Positions 48,803 through 59,275 are shown, numbered from the whole stretch's first letter. The stretch: 63,973 nt of DNA, filler included, from an uncultured bacterium (GCA_964449065.1; 12 parts of 12 records of this genome joined end to end with filler, not necessarily neighbours in it), one strand, 5' to 3'. Numbers and translations: made by a program. The notes: generated by a model from the letters alone, not told the origin.

Positions 48803-49996
48803 TTATTTTGTTTGATTGAACCATACTTCCAATTCAGTTGCATCATGGGTTTGGTAGCGGAGAATATCCATATCGCTGTCACCGTCAAAATCGGCGGCCT
48901 GTCCGTTGTAGATGCCGTCGTTGGTCAGAAGTTGTTCGGTCCAGTTTGTGTTGTCTCCTTGATTGATGAACAAAATGGCGGGAGTTTGTTCTTCTCCCAA
49001 TCCTTGCGCGCGGCTTTTGTTCATCCCGGCAAGGATATCGTAGTCGCCATCGTTGTCGGCATCGAAGACTTGCAGCGTGTGGCAGGCGGTAAAATCCTCT
49101 TTAACAATATGTTGGTTCCATTTTCCGGATTGGAGGTCTTCCAATTCATACCACGCCAGGGGGTAGCCTTTGCGTTCGGAATGAGAGATAAACACTTCGG
49201 CTTTGCCGTCTTCATCAATATCTTTACAAAAATGCTTGCTGGCGTTGCGCGACCAATCGCCTTCTTGGTTGTGCCATTGGCTATCAATGGAATGCGCCAC
49301 CCATTTCGTGGTGAGATCCCCGCCGGGGTTTTCCAGCCAATAGCCGTTGGCGGCGATATCGGTGTCGCCGTCGCCGTCCAGATCGCCTGCATCCATGCCT
49401 TCATGCAAATTCTTTACCGTGATGGATTGCACTTCCGTCCATTGATCCGGTGCATCTTGGCGAAACACTTTTAGATTATTTTGTACGAACGTTGCGGTTA
49501 CCACATCCAATTTTCCGTCATGATTCAAATCCGTCAAATTGACATCTTTCACAAACGCTGGGGCTTCACCGATTTTATGGGCTTTCCATTCGGGATTCTC
49601 GTACCAATAGAGAGTGGTAACGGCTCCACCGTCATCCCATTCTCCGGGATGAGCGAAGCCTAGTACATCTACATCGCCGTCGTTGTCGATATCGCCTGCA
49701 TCCAAATCGCCCGAAGCGAAAGGTTCACCGTTGGGGGCGGTTTCGGCAATGATATGGGTTTTCCATTCGCCCTCTTCTTTTTGGCCTTCCAGCCATCCAA
49801 GCCAGCCGCCGTGGCCATTTTTGTTTTGCAGGGCGATATCCATAAATCCATCGCCGTTGATATCGGCGATGGCACGCGCCCACCATAAATCCGCTTGGGT
49901 GGAGATGGTCTGTTTTTTGAATGCGACTTTATCTTGTGCCGAAGTTGAGATTGCGGTTGCAGCGAATACAGATAATAAGAACAGATAGGATTTCAT
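48803..49996 (-). CDS. Secreted FG-GAP/VCBS repeat beta-propeller protein
   Basis: Signal peptide; seven DxDxDGxxD-type repeats. Confidence 0.88.
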   Translation of the reverse strand: MKSYLFLLSVFAATAISTSAQDKVAFKKQTISTQADLWWARAIADINGDGFMDIALQNKNGHGGWLGWLEGQKEEGEWKTHIIAETAPNGEPFASGDLDAGDIDNDGDVDVLGFAHPGEWDDGGAVTTLYWYENPEWKAHKIGEAPAFVKDVNLTDLNHDGKLDVVTATFVQNNLKVFRQDAPDQWTEVQSITVKNLHEGMDAGDLDGDGDTDIAANGYWLENPGGDLTTKWVAHSIDSQWHNQEGDWSRNASKHFCKDIDEDGKAEVFISHSERKGYPLAWYELEDLQSGKWNQHIVKEDFTACHTLQVFDADNDGDYDILAGMNKSRAQGLGEEQTPAILFINQGDNTNWTEQLLTNDGIYNGQAADFDGDSDMDILRYQTHDATELEVWFNQTK

Positions 49997-50084
49997 GGTG
50001 GCTCCCCAGTGAACTTTGTTTGGTAGAATTTATCACAGGATGGAAGAAAAGTGAATTGCCCATTCATGGATTATGAAGACGGGT

Positions 50085-50408
50085 TCAATCCAATTCATCC
50101 AAACCGAAGGCGAAGGAAATTGCTTCTTTTATCTGACGAATTTCTTGAGTGGATAATTTCGTGATATAGGTTTTTAAATAGTCTTTCTAAATGGTTTGAA
50201 TATTATCTACATTAACCGCATATTCCTGATACATGCCTTCCGCTTCGGACAGTAATACTTCAGTTGGAATATCACGAATTGTGCTTGTAATTGGGGCGAC
50301 AGTGACTGAGTTCAACACTTTAATTGCTGAGTTTCTGGTAAGGATTAAAACCGGACGGCGTTTATCAGGTGCTTTAAAGTTGTACCAATAAATTTCACCT
50401 TGCTTCAT
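50085..50408 (-). pseudogene. MazF/PemK toxin with a single in-frame TAG
   Basis: GEIYW..DKRRPVLILT..VAPITST..NVDNIQTI*KDYLKTYITKLSTQEIRQIKEAISFAFGLDELD*; 107 codons if read through. Confidence 0.85.
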
Positions 50409-50638
50409 TCTTTATCCCATACCTGTTCGAATTCCCAGCCGTTAAATTCACTGGAAGTTACCGGCTTTTGAAGATAGCCTTGAACATGTTTGGCTTCCCG
50501 TTTTTCAAGTGAGCGACGTTGAATCTCCTGTTGTAGCGCAGCGTTGATGAAATCTGACCGAGACGTATTTCTATCTTCAATCACCCGGTCTATCTCTTTA
50601 AGTAACGCATCGTCAATCGACATTTGTATCATTGTCAT
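50405..50638 (-). CDS. RHH/CopG antitoxin
   Basis: IQMSIDDALLKEID..SRSDFINAAL; ATGA overlap with toxin. Confidence 0.85.
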   Translation of the reverse strand: MTMIQMSIDDALLKEIDRVIEDRNTSRSDFINAALQQEIQRRSLEKREAKHVQGYLQKPVTSSEFNGWEFEQVWDKE

Positions 50639-50745
50639 AATCTTTACCTCAACTGGAATTATACATTAATATTCTTCATTTAAACAATAAAAACCACACG
50701 TGGGATTCAGGCGTGTGGTTCCTGTATCTGCATGGATGAATCCAT

Positions 50746-51366
50746 CTAAAACTCGGCACTCCAGCCGTCGCGGCCAAAGAATTGATCGTATTGCGAATTG
50801 GTGCGGCCGGCTTTAAAGAGCCAGATAAACCAAATATCGCCATTGCTGGCGGTACCATTTGTGGGATGATAAGCGTTCGCACCTTGGCTGGGGTGCCAGT
50901 CGCCGTTGTCGCCATCCGGCCCGGTGGCTGCCAATAACCCGAAGAACCCACCATTATTCGCGCAGCCCCAATCTTCATACGAATAAAACAATCCATCGCC
51001 GAACGGGTCTACCGGGATGCTCGATATATAGGAAATGGGTGTCGTTAGCGGTTTGTAAATATTGCCGTCAAAGTGGTTGGCCCCTTGCAGCACCTCTACA
51101 GTAGTATTGCTGGGATGAACACCAAAATACGGGCCGTCAAAGCAGCATTCGGGAGAACTGCAATCGTTGCCGTCAACCAGCCATTGATTGGTATCCATAT
51201 TGAAGATGGTGATTTGCTGATCGAGCATACGGATATCGGATTGCGAGCGGGCGATCTTGGCGCGGATTTGCGCGTTCAGGAAGTTGGGAACGGCAATGGC
51301 GGCCAAAATGCCGATGATGGCCACGACAATGAGCAGTTCGATGAGGGTGAATGCTTGTCTATTCAT
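50746..51366 (-). CDS. Prepilin-type N-terminal cleavage/methylation protein (pseudopilin-like)
   Basis: QA|FTLIELLIVVAIIGILAAIAVPNF; LTTPISYISSIPVDPF; GPDGD; YHPTNGTASNGDI. Confidence 0.9.
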   Translation of the reverse strand: MNRQAFTLIELLIVVAIIGILAAIAVPNFLNAQIRAKIARSQSDIRMLDQQITIFNMDTNQWLVDGNDCSSPECCFDGPYFGVHPSNTTVEVLQGANHFDGNIYKPLTTPISYISSIPVDPFGDGLFYSYEDWGCANNGGFFGLLAATGPDGDNGDWHPSQGANAYHPTNGTASNGDIWFIWLFKAGRTNSQYDQFFGRDGWSAEF

Positions 51367-51509
51367 GTTTCTTCCTTTCAAAGCTTCGTCACTATATCAA
51401 ATCCACAAAGGTAAGTCAAACGAGGGGATGTACACATGGTGCACATCCCCCCCAGATCATTACAACGAATTACAGCCTCATTTATTTAAGGCTTACATGT
51501 ATTTAAGGC

Positions 51510-53210
51510 TTAGTAGACAGACCAATCTTGTACATCAGCAGGTTCGGCATCCGTACCAACTACAACGTTATCAATCGCCCACCACCAGTCATTATCAGCA
51601 GCCGGCATACCAAAGTTTAAGAAGAAATTTTGCGCGCCTGCCGGAACGTCAACCAAGAACAACAACGGTTCGTTGGTGGAGTTGTCGTCCTTGAAGTTCG
51701 CGCTGCTTGGGGTGGAATCCCAGAACATTACGTTTTGGGTGTTGGAACCGTCAAAGGTGATATCCAAACTGGCTTCTTGAATATCTTCCGGCCGCCAGCT
51801 GGAGTCAAACGCAATCGCGATTTGAGTGGAACCGGCAGGAATATCGATGACCGGCGTAGATATAAACGTTGCATAATCGCCTTCATCATCCGGAGAACCA
51901 CTGGAACCGCCACAGCAGTCATCCCATTCATCCGGGTCCGCAACCGCAACAACTCCTTGGCCTAAGGTATACTCGGAACGGCGTTGATCACCGGCTACAG
52001 CGTTCCATGCATCTTTATCGGTGAAGGACCAACCGCGCCATTCGGTCACACCGATGCCTTCATTAAATCCAACAACTCCAGAGCTGTCTACCGACCAGCC
52101 ATCCGGCGGTGTCATTGTCCATACTTCCGGACCTTGGTTGGATTCATCTACAAAAGGACCTAGAGGAACGCTTTCGAAATCTTCTTCCAACAAGCGGGAG
52201 AAGTCATTCGGGAATTGATCCTTAAACGCAACGCTGGAACCAACGGTAATGGCATTCAATGTGCCGTCGGTTGCCGTGCTTTCACCCCATTCGCCCATTT
52301 CGGTTCCGGCGGGAGGAGTGGTGTCATAGGTCAAAGTCGGTTGACCGGAAGCAGCAGAAACATTCCAAGTGATGACGTTGCCGCTGGCGTTCGCGGTACC
52401 AACGCTGGTTTGGATGTTGCTGACCGACCAGCCTTCCGGGGCGGTTTCGGTGACGGTTACATCCGGCGTACCTTCGACCACTTCCAATGTGACTACAACG
52501 CCTTGCAAGGTGCCTCCATCCGGGAACTTAACCGGAGCGGAACGGCTGACCAAGAAAGCGGAATCGTATTGCGTGAACTGTGGATTGGTGAAACTGGCGG
52601 TGCTGGTACCGGCGTTTTCGTGAGAGGTCAATGCCAAGCCCACCAATACCGGATCTGTCAATTCGACATTTGCGGAAGAGTGCAGAATGCGCTCGCCGGT
52701 GAAGTCATCGGTGTAGATAAAGTTAATTTGATTGCCGATGCGTTCAATTTCAATTTTGCCAAAGAAATTGAAGAATTCAACATCCGGGTTTCTTCCGGAG
52801 GAACTGCCGTCTTGGCTGGCACGGAACTGAGGACGGAAGGAGTTATCCACACCGTGAATCATGGAAAACCCGTTCGGCGAACCCGGCGTATCGTTATCCC
52901 GAACCATCAATCCTGCTTTGGCCCACGATGAGTCACCACCGCCAACGTTCAAAATAATGTCATCCACTTTGAACGAAAAGGCACCGGAGGCCTCGAACCA
53001 AATGTAATGCATTTGGTCCGCATCAGCCCAGATGTCCGCACCGCTAGCTTCCAAGGTGTATACATCACCATCTACACTGGCGGAACCAGGTAATCCAGGG
53101 CCACCAATGTCACCACCGCCGGTAAACATACCGACCTGAGCGGAAGGCGTTGAAACAAACGCCATGCTCAACGCGACAACTGCTGTAAAAAATTTTACTG
53201 TGCTTTTCAT
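51510..53210 (-). CDS. Secreted multidomain beta-rich protein ending DVQDWSVY
   Basis: Signal peptide; GADIW..WAKAGLMVR..VLVGLALTSH lectin-like module; Ig-like middle; EWRGWSF..NDWWWAIDN domain. Confidence 0.85.
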   Translation of the reverse strand: MKSTVKFFTAVVALSMAFVSTPSAQVGMFTGGGDIGGPGLPGSASVDGDVYTLEASGADIWADADQMHYIWFEASGAFSFKVDDIILNVGGGDSSWAKAGLMVRDNDTPGSPNGFSMIHGVDNSFRPQFRASQDGSSSGRNPDVEFFNFFGKIEIERIGNQINFIYTDDFTGERILHSSANVELTDPVLVGLALTSHENAGTSTASFTNPQFTQYDSAFLVSRSAPVKFPDGGTLQGVVVTLEVVEGTPDVTVTETAPEGWSVSNIQTSVGTANASGNVITWNVSAASGQPTLTYDTTPPAGTEMGEWGESTATDGTLNAITVGSSVAFKDQFPNDFSRLLEEDFESVPLGPFVDESNQGPEVWTMTPPDGWSVDSSGVVGFNEGIGVTEWRGWSFTDKDAWNAVAGDQRRSEYTLGQGVVAVADPDEWDDCCGGSSGSPDDEGDYATFISTPVIDIPAGSTQIAIAFDSSWRPEDIQEASLDITFDGSNTQNVMFWDSTPSSANFKDDNSTNEPLLFLVDVPAGAQNFFLNFGMPAADNDWWWAIDNVVVGTDAEPADVQDWSVY

Positions 53211-53568
53211 ACTTCTACTCTCCTTCTGATAGATTTTGTTTATTGAATGATGAACATTCAATTTGAATTATTGATTTCATAGAAATTCTTTTAAATTTGC
53301 TGTCGTTTCAACTAACTTATTTATATATGTTATCATCACCAATAAAAATAATTTATTCTATGGTTTTTATGAACCATAACTGATTTTATAAATAGTTTCA
53401 ATAGCGTTTAACGTTATTTACAGAATTCTATTGGCTTCCTAACAAATCCTTCACAAAACCAATGATATATATATACGTAACGTTCAATTTACCGGTTTGT
53501 TAAAAAAATAATTTGACATGGTTATTTACTCTTTACCAAATCAGCATAAAAAATCTCTCGCTCTAAAA

Positions 53569-53598
53569 AGAAAGGGACGCTGTTCAGCGTCCCTTTCT
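53569..53598 (-). terminator. Intrinsic terminator
   Basis: AGAAAGGGACGCTG/CAGCGTCCCTTTCT stem, T-run on minus strand, 24 nt after stop. Confidence 0.8.
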
Positions 53599-53622
53599 CG
53601 AAAACCATTCGAATTTTGGCGG

Positions 53623-53785
53623 TTAGTATAATGACCACTCACCAATACCGGTTCCAGTGGAAATGTTGATATTGTCAATCGCCCACCACCAGTCATTTGT
53701 CGCATCGAGCATACCGAATGAAACCACTACGGTGGATGCGCCCGCCGGGTTGTTCAACGGGACAGTGACAGATTCGTTGGGGAAA
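53623..53785 (-). CDS. C-terminal fragment of a paralogous protein ending GIGEWSLY
   Basis: Reads FPNESVTVPLNNPAGASTVVVSFGMLDATNDWWWAIDNINISTGTGIGEWSLY*; not in ORF track. Confidence 0.85.
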
Positions 53786-54585
53786 NNNNNNNNNNNNNNN
53801 NNNNNNNNNNNNNNNNNNNNNNNNNNNNNTTAATTAATTAANNNNNNNNNNNNNNNNNNNNNNNNNNNNNNNNNNNNNNNNNNNNATTTGCATCTGAAAT
53901 GAGGGGAGGTCAATTTGAAAATTGAAAAACCAATGCCCTGTCTATGGGCTATACAGAATAAAAATTACCGATTAAAGAAATTAGTCGGATACTCTTATTT
54001 TCGATCGATACGTACTCTGTTTTTAATTTTTTATGGGTATATAATCGTCTTTCGTAAATTACTAAAACTTCATTAACATTTATGATAAACTTCAGAATTT
54101 TAAACCTTTAATACATTTCATGGATAAATGGCCTAAATATATGTTCTTAAAACGAATTACCTCTAAAGCTCTATTTTATAGGTTATTTTGCAAATAACAA
54201 ATCATAAAATTATAATCACGGGTAAAGATTAGATACCCCAATTATTTTTTTTACTTGTCATTAAGCAAGTTGAGTAGTTTTTACTTTAAATATATTGAAA
54301 AGTAAGTTGCATCCGTGTAAGAATAGATATTTCACCTATTTTGAACAATTAATAATATAAACTGAATGTATATACACAGCAGCAATTTATAATGATTGAA
54401 ACAGAAAAAAGCAAAATTGAGCATAAGCGGATAACCAGAATTATTGGTTCAGTTGTTATTGACGAATATTCTTACTATTCGGTAACCGAAATATACCGAA
54501 ACGAGGATATTTATATCCTTACTTTAACTATGGATGGTTTCTCTGGCAGAATAAAATATAATTATAATTTCAGCTTTTATTATAT

Positions 54586-54613
54586 TGGCCAGTAGGGTTT
54601 TACCTACTGGCCA
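54586..54613. terminator. Hairpin, likely terminator after TonB receptor
   Basis: TGGCCAGTAGG/CCTACTGGCCA 11-bp stem. Confidence 0.65.
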
Positions 54614-54664
54614 TAAAATTTAAATCTAACACAACAAATGGCTACTGCAAAGACAACCCACGTG

Positions 54665-57565
54665 CTAAAATTTCATACTTAAACCCAGGCTAAATGACCT
54701 GCCTGGGCTATACATCTCGAATGGTTGATCTTCAGCTTCAAACGATTTGTAAACATATTCTGTGCGGTCGTTCAATATATTTGAAACTTTAAAAGCTACA
54801 TTCAGTTTTGCACCAATACTTTTACTTACGCTTAAATTTAAGCTATGAAAAGGCTGGTGATAAATATCCGGAAAAAGACCCCCGCCTACTATGTAAAGAA
54901 CCGGCCCTTTAACATTGTAAAACAATCCGGCATCCACTCCTGTCTCATTATTATTATAACTTAAGCCCATATTTACCAGATATGGGGCTTGTCCGGCCAT
55001 TACCCTGTAATTTTTTATCGTCTCACCTGTTTTTTCATAGTTTTTCCTTGAATTATACTCGGCTTCCGACATATCAATTTTTGATGAAATATACGCAAAA
55101 TTACCGCTTAAAGAAAAGTTTTCCATCGCCAAAGATATAAATCCAAAGTTTTTTCTGAATTCCAGCTCTACACCATAAAGTTCGCCATTACCAACATTTC
55201 GGGGCTGATACTCGGTGCTTGTTTGCTGTTCGGGAATCCGAACCAACTCAATTGGATTAATAAATGTTTTATAAAACGCACTCACGGAAAAAATCTGAGC
55301 CCCCGGCATAAATAATTCCCACCTGAAATCGTAATTATCAATATTAGTTGTCTTCAAATTGCCGTCCCAGTTATTATAAGGATACAGACTCCCGTTAAAA
55401 AACCTGTTCGAAATGGGGTCGAGTATTTGTGCGTATGATATTTCTTTAAATGAGCCTCTTGCAATGGTTTGTGAATAAGATGCTCTGAGGTTTTGGTTTG
55501 CAGTAACAGAGTATATCAGGTTTACCGAAGGAAAAATATCCATTGATTGCAATACATCGTCATTTTCGAGGTTACGCCCGTTTTGTGTATCGCCACCTGC
55601 ATATAACTGATCCCTGCCGGTATGCCTTTGCAGGAAGTTTTCTGCCCGCACCCCTAAAATTGTTTTAAGCTTCTCGAAAACTGTAATTTCATTTGATACA
55701 TATATCCCCGTATTATTAATATTAGATGAATATTCGTTGGGGTTTGGAGAAGGGTTTCCTGACTGGTAGTAAATGCTATTTGGCCGGTTTGGGTAAATAT
55801 TTTCAGGGTTCAGGACAATACCCGGGGTAGGATTTTTCCATATCTGGCTGCCAAAAAACTGCATATCAAAAGAGAGGATTTCATAATTTCGTAATTTAAA
55901 TGAATGGTTGACACCAAATTTAAGCAAACCAGGAAGGTTATTCAAGTTGTATTTTTTTGTAAAATCCAATCTGGCGGGGATATTCAATTCATTCAACGAT
56001 CGCCATATCCTTGAAGGGTTACCCCCTGCTCCGGCAACAAATAACGTATCATTGGGATAATATGTAAAAGCCGTTTTCCGGATGTCAGGATCATCTGATG
56101 TTGAATAAGTTGGTGCTATACGCCAATCGATGTCCCATCCTGTATTTTTCAACCGGTGGGCCCCGTTAAAAAGAACATTGGTAATCGAACGTTGGTTGTA
56201 CACAAGTACATCCGAACCGGCAATATATCCTGACTGACCAACGGCCTCCCCGTCATTGTCGATGCTGAATTTACCGGCACGGCTTTCCCCGTTTTGCAGG
56301 CGTAAAACCATAAACCTAATTTTTGAATAGTTGGTCTTGTAGGCCAACCCGCCCAATAGACCGACCAGTACATTATGTTCGCCAATTTCGCCATTCTGAA
56401 TAGTGGCATATCTCATCTCAGGCCTGTCCGGGTCTATGTATCTTTGATACTCTCCAAAAACCACATCATTGTAATATTTATAATCCGATTTGTACGAAAG
56501 TGAAAAAATGTACCCTAACTTGGGGGCATACTCTTTTTGGCTTTTTAAATCAATTTGATTACCTATGGAAATACTTGCACTTAAATCTAAGAGGCTTTTT
56601 TGAGGTGTTGCCCCAAGAACAGGGTTAAAACTGCTAACGAAGCCAGCCACTTCCTCTGTTGAAGCACCACTTATTGGCGTGGGTATATTGGTATAGTTCG
56701 CTTTTTCGGGTAAAGCCCTTGTCCCATCGTCAAACCCGAGAAAATCGGTTTTTCCGCCCTCGTAAGCCAGGTAATTGGGGTTAAAATGCATATCAGGGTT
56801 GTAACTTGTGCTTAGGGAAATACTTATAATTTTTTCTTCCGGAAAGTCTTTTGTTTCAATATTCATTATACCACCGGTAAAATCAGCAGGCATATCGGCC
56901 GCGAAATTTTTTTTCACGGTAATATTGTCAATCAGGTTTGTTGGAAAAATATCCATTTGCAGGCTGTTCTTATCCGGGTCTAACCCCGGAATGTCCATGC
57001 CATTCAGGGTTGTTTTGGAATACCGGTCGCCGAGCCCCCTGATAAACACATATTTTCCATCTTCAATACTTACGCCTGTTACCCTTTTTGCAGCTTCAAC
57101 TGCCGTTGCATCACCTGTCAGTTTCATTTTATCGGCAGATATGCCATCCAAAATAGTGGCTGATTTTCGTTTTATGGTATGAATGGCTGCCTCGCTTGTA
57201 CGAACCTGTTTGGCAGTAACAACAATTTCCTCGAAATTGATTACGCTTTCTTTTAACCTGAGATTATTAAAAAGGGTCACCTCGTTTGTACTAATTTTTA
57301 CATCTTCAATGGTGATTTTTTGATAAGATATATAAGATATATCCAGGTTATAGATACCTTCATTCAGGTTAAGTGAAAATTTACCGTCCAAATCCGTTAT
57401 AGTACCCGTGCTTGTACCTTTAACTGCAATTGTTACCCCTACAAGCGACTCACCGGTCTGGTCATCAAAAACTGTACCGCGAACCGTACCTGTTTGCGCC
57501 TTAATATTAATACAAGAAAGTATTAACATACAACACCCTAAAACAATAAAAACCGAATATTTCAC
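54665..57565 (-). CDS. TonB-dependent receptor with N-terminal carboxypeptidase-regulatory-like domain
   Basis: GTVRGTVFD..GTITDLDGKF; plug RVTGVSI..IRGLGDRY; terminal GLSMKF; GTG start. Confidence 0.93.
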   Translation of the reverse strand: MKYSVFIVLGCCMLILSCINIKAQTGTVRGTVFDDQTGESLVGVTIAVKGTSTGTITDLDGKFSLNLNEGIYNLDISYISYQKITIEDVKISTNEVTLFNNLRLKESVINFEEIVVTAKQVRTSEAAIHTIKRKSATILDGISADKMKLTGDATAVEAAKRVTGVSIEDGKYVFIRGLGDRYSKTTLNGMDIPGLDPDKNSLQMDIFPTNLIDNITVKKNFAADMPADFTGGIMNIETKDFPEEKIISISLSTSYNPDMHFNPNYLAYEGGKTDFLGFDDGTRALPEKANYTNIPTPISGASTEEVAGFVSSFNPVLGATPQKSLLDLSASISIGNQIDLKSQKEYAPKLGYIFSLSYKSDYKYYNDVVFGEYQRYIDPDRPEMRYATIQNGEIGEHNVLVGLLGGLAYKTNYSKIRFMVLRLQNGESRAGKFSIDNDGEAVGQSGYIAGSDVLVYNQRSITNVLFNGAHRLKNTGWDIDWRIAPTYSTSDDPDIRKTAFTYYPNDTLFVAGAGGNPSRIWRSLNELNIPARLDFTKKYNLNNLPGLLKFGVNHSFKLRNYEILSFDMQFFGSQIWKNPTPGIVLNPENIYPNRPNSIYYQSGNPSPNPNEYSSNINNTGIYVSNEITVFEKLKTILGVRAENFLQRHTGRDQLYAGGDTQNGRNLENDDVLQSMDIFPSVNLIYSVTANQNLRASYSQTIARGSFKEISYAQILDPISNRFFNGSLYPYNNWDGNLKTTNIDNYDFRWELFMPGAQIFSVSAFYKTFINPIELVRIPEQQTSTEYQPRNVGNGELYGVELEFRKNFGFISLAMENFSLSGNFAYISSKIDMSEAEYNSRKNYEKTGETIKNYRVMAGQAPYLVNMGLSYNNNETGVDAGLFYNVKGPVLYIVGGGLFPDIYHQPFHSLNLSVSKSIGAKLNVAFKVSNILNDRTEYVYKSFEAEDQPFEMYSPGRSFSLGLSMKF

Positions 57566-57593
57566 AACTGTTGAAATTTTGTAATTAATAATT

Positions 57594-57627
57594 AAACAGG
57601 CTTGTAAAGAAATTTACAAGCCTGTTT
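57594..57627. terminator. Intergenic hairpin between lipoprotein and receptor
   Basis: AAACAGGCTTGTAAA/TTTACAAGCCTGTTT 15-bp stem. Confidence 0.7.
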
Positions 57628-57650
57628 TGCATCTTATATAGAAAGATATT

Positions 57651-58874
57651 TTAGTTTAAGGCACCGGCTTTTGCTGCCCATGTCCAGCTTAATGCTGATG
57701 CAGAAGCACCACCCGATGTACCTGTTTTTATTGTTGCAGGAACCTCAGTGTTGCCAACATGTTCAGCAAGGTTGGCTGCTTCAACATTTAATACAATATT
57801 TGTGAATTTAACTTCAGGAGAATCGCTAAAGGGATTATCTTTGTCGTTTCTGATTTTTTGTCCGGAAACAATATCAGAAAAATATAAATTTTCAAGATTA
57901 ACCCTGGAATTATTATCAAAATTAATCAGGTCTTTGGTTTTCCTGGCAATTTCACCTTCATCGTCAAGAGAAGAAGCAATAATAGTACCGTTTTTAATGG
58001 TATGGTTTGCGTTGTAAGATCCTTCGGGGCCGTCAAGCTCAAAACCATGTCCACCTACTGTAACAACAAAGAAATTATCTAGCGTACCAGACCATGACTG
58101 GTCTGTATCAATACCATCATCGTTAACGTTCCAAACAACCACGTTTTTCACGTTCACGGTGCCACCGAACCACTCGATACCATCGTCCTGGTTAGCAACA
58201 ACTTCAATATTCTCAACAACCGTTCCGCTACCAACACCACCCAGTGAAAGACCGTTGATTTCGTTACCTGCTCCAATGTTGGCACCACCATGACGGATAG
58301 AAATGTATTTTAATACACCTGAATTATCAGCATCATCATTACCGCCATAAAGTCCGTTTGCATCTGATGTAGGGATACCCTCAATCTGCACCTCGCTTAC
58401 ATCTTCTTTTGTTTCTTTGTTAGATGCAGAAATTTTGGCTTTACCCAAAACAATCACTCCACCCCATAAACCATCAATATCGGGATCAAGGTTAGGGCTG
58501 CCAAGGTTGCCTGCTGCAACATCCTCTGGTGTAATTTCATCGGCTACCGATGTAAAAATAATAGGAGCACTTTCTGTACCTTCGGCCTTCAATTTACCGC
58601 CACGGGCAATCAAAAGAGCAGTAGCGTTCGCACCTGTTCCGGCTTCACCTTTAATAATTGTACCAGCTTCAATGGTAAGGGTAACACCGTCAACAACAGT
58701 AATCCTGCCGCCAAGCTGGTATACCTTGTCTTTTGTCCAGGTAGTGTTTTCGGTAATATTTTGGCTGATAACAGTATTACCCGTTCCTGAGCCACCGTTG
58801 TTGTTACCACCTTCTTCTTCACACGAAGTAAACATTGCTAAAGCAATTACTAAATAATAGAAAACATTTTTCAT
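57651..58874 (-). CDS. Surface lipoprotein with beta-helix-like fold, TBDR partner
   Basis: Lipobox FTSC; LTIEAGT, APIIFTS, WGGVIVLGKA, DNSGVLKYISIRHGG, DDGIEWFGG. Confidence 0.85.
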   Translation of the reverse strand: MKNVFYYLVIALAMFTSCEEEGGNNNGGSGTGNTVISQNITENTTWTKDKVYQLGGRITVVDGVTLTIEAGTIIKGEAGTGANATALLIARGGKLKAEGTESAPIIFTSVADEITPEDVAAGNLGSPNLDPDIDGLWGGVIVLGKAKISASNKETKEDVSEVQIEGIPTSDANGLYGGNDDADNSGVLKYISIRHGGANIGAGNEINGLSLGGVGSGTVVENIEVVANQDDGIEWFGGTVNVKNVVVWNVNDDGIDTDQSWSGTLDNFFVVTVGGHGFELDGPEGSYNANHTIKNGTIIASSLDDEGEIARKTKDLINFDNNSRVNLENLYFSDIVSGQKIRNDKDNPFSDSPEVKFTNIVLNVEAANLAEHVGNTEVPATIKTGTSGGASASALSWTWAAKAGALN

Positions 58875-58935
58875 ATTTAAACTTTGATTTATAATAAATT
58901 ATGAGCCAAAAATATGTTTAAAGGAATACTCTATC

Positions 58936-58964
58936 GTTAACAAAACCTTAAGTTATTGTTAAAT
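58936..58964 (-). promoter_or_regulatory. Pho-box-like 11-bp-period direct repeats
   Basis: TTAA cores at 58937, 58948, 58959; minus strand TTAACA, TTAAGG, TTAACG. Confidence 0.4.
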
Positions 58965-59173
58965 AATAAACCCACTCCTGAACGGATATTTAGGCTTCTA
59001 AACAAATGTATATTCAATTCAATGGTTCGTTAAACTTTTACATAAAATTCTGATTTTCAATGAAATAAGTATCNNNNNNNNNNNNNNNNNNNNNNNNNNN
59101 NNNNNNNNNNNNNNNNNTTAATTAATTAANNNNNNNNNNNNNNNNNNNNNNNNNNNNNNNNNNNNNNNNNNNN

Positions 59174-59275
59174 CAAACCCTCCCCTAACCCCTCCCACCT
59201 TTGGGAGGGGGAATTTCTCTTCAAGCGGTTGACCTATTACGAAAAAGGCAGGGGCACGTTGCAACGTGCCCCTGC
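59174..59275. repeat. Family C repeat followed by REP hairpin
   Basis: Matches 48609-48675 and 43121-43184; GCAGGGGCACGTTGCAACGTGCCCCTGC matches 8945-8976. Confidence 0.85.

Noticed and set aside
48812..49474. Long antisense ORFs (also 52215-52931, 1616-2140, 2137-2703)
   Set aside because: Shadows of well-supported genes on the opposite strand
50187..50189. Amber recoding or pyrrolysine
   Set aside because: TAG is an ordinary stop for other genes here (e.g. purH, galK) and no pyl genes are visible
54392..54595. 67-aa ORF
   Set aside because: AT-rich intergenic DNA ending in the terminator hairpin; no motif
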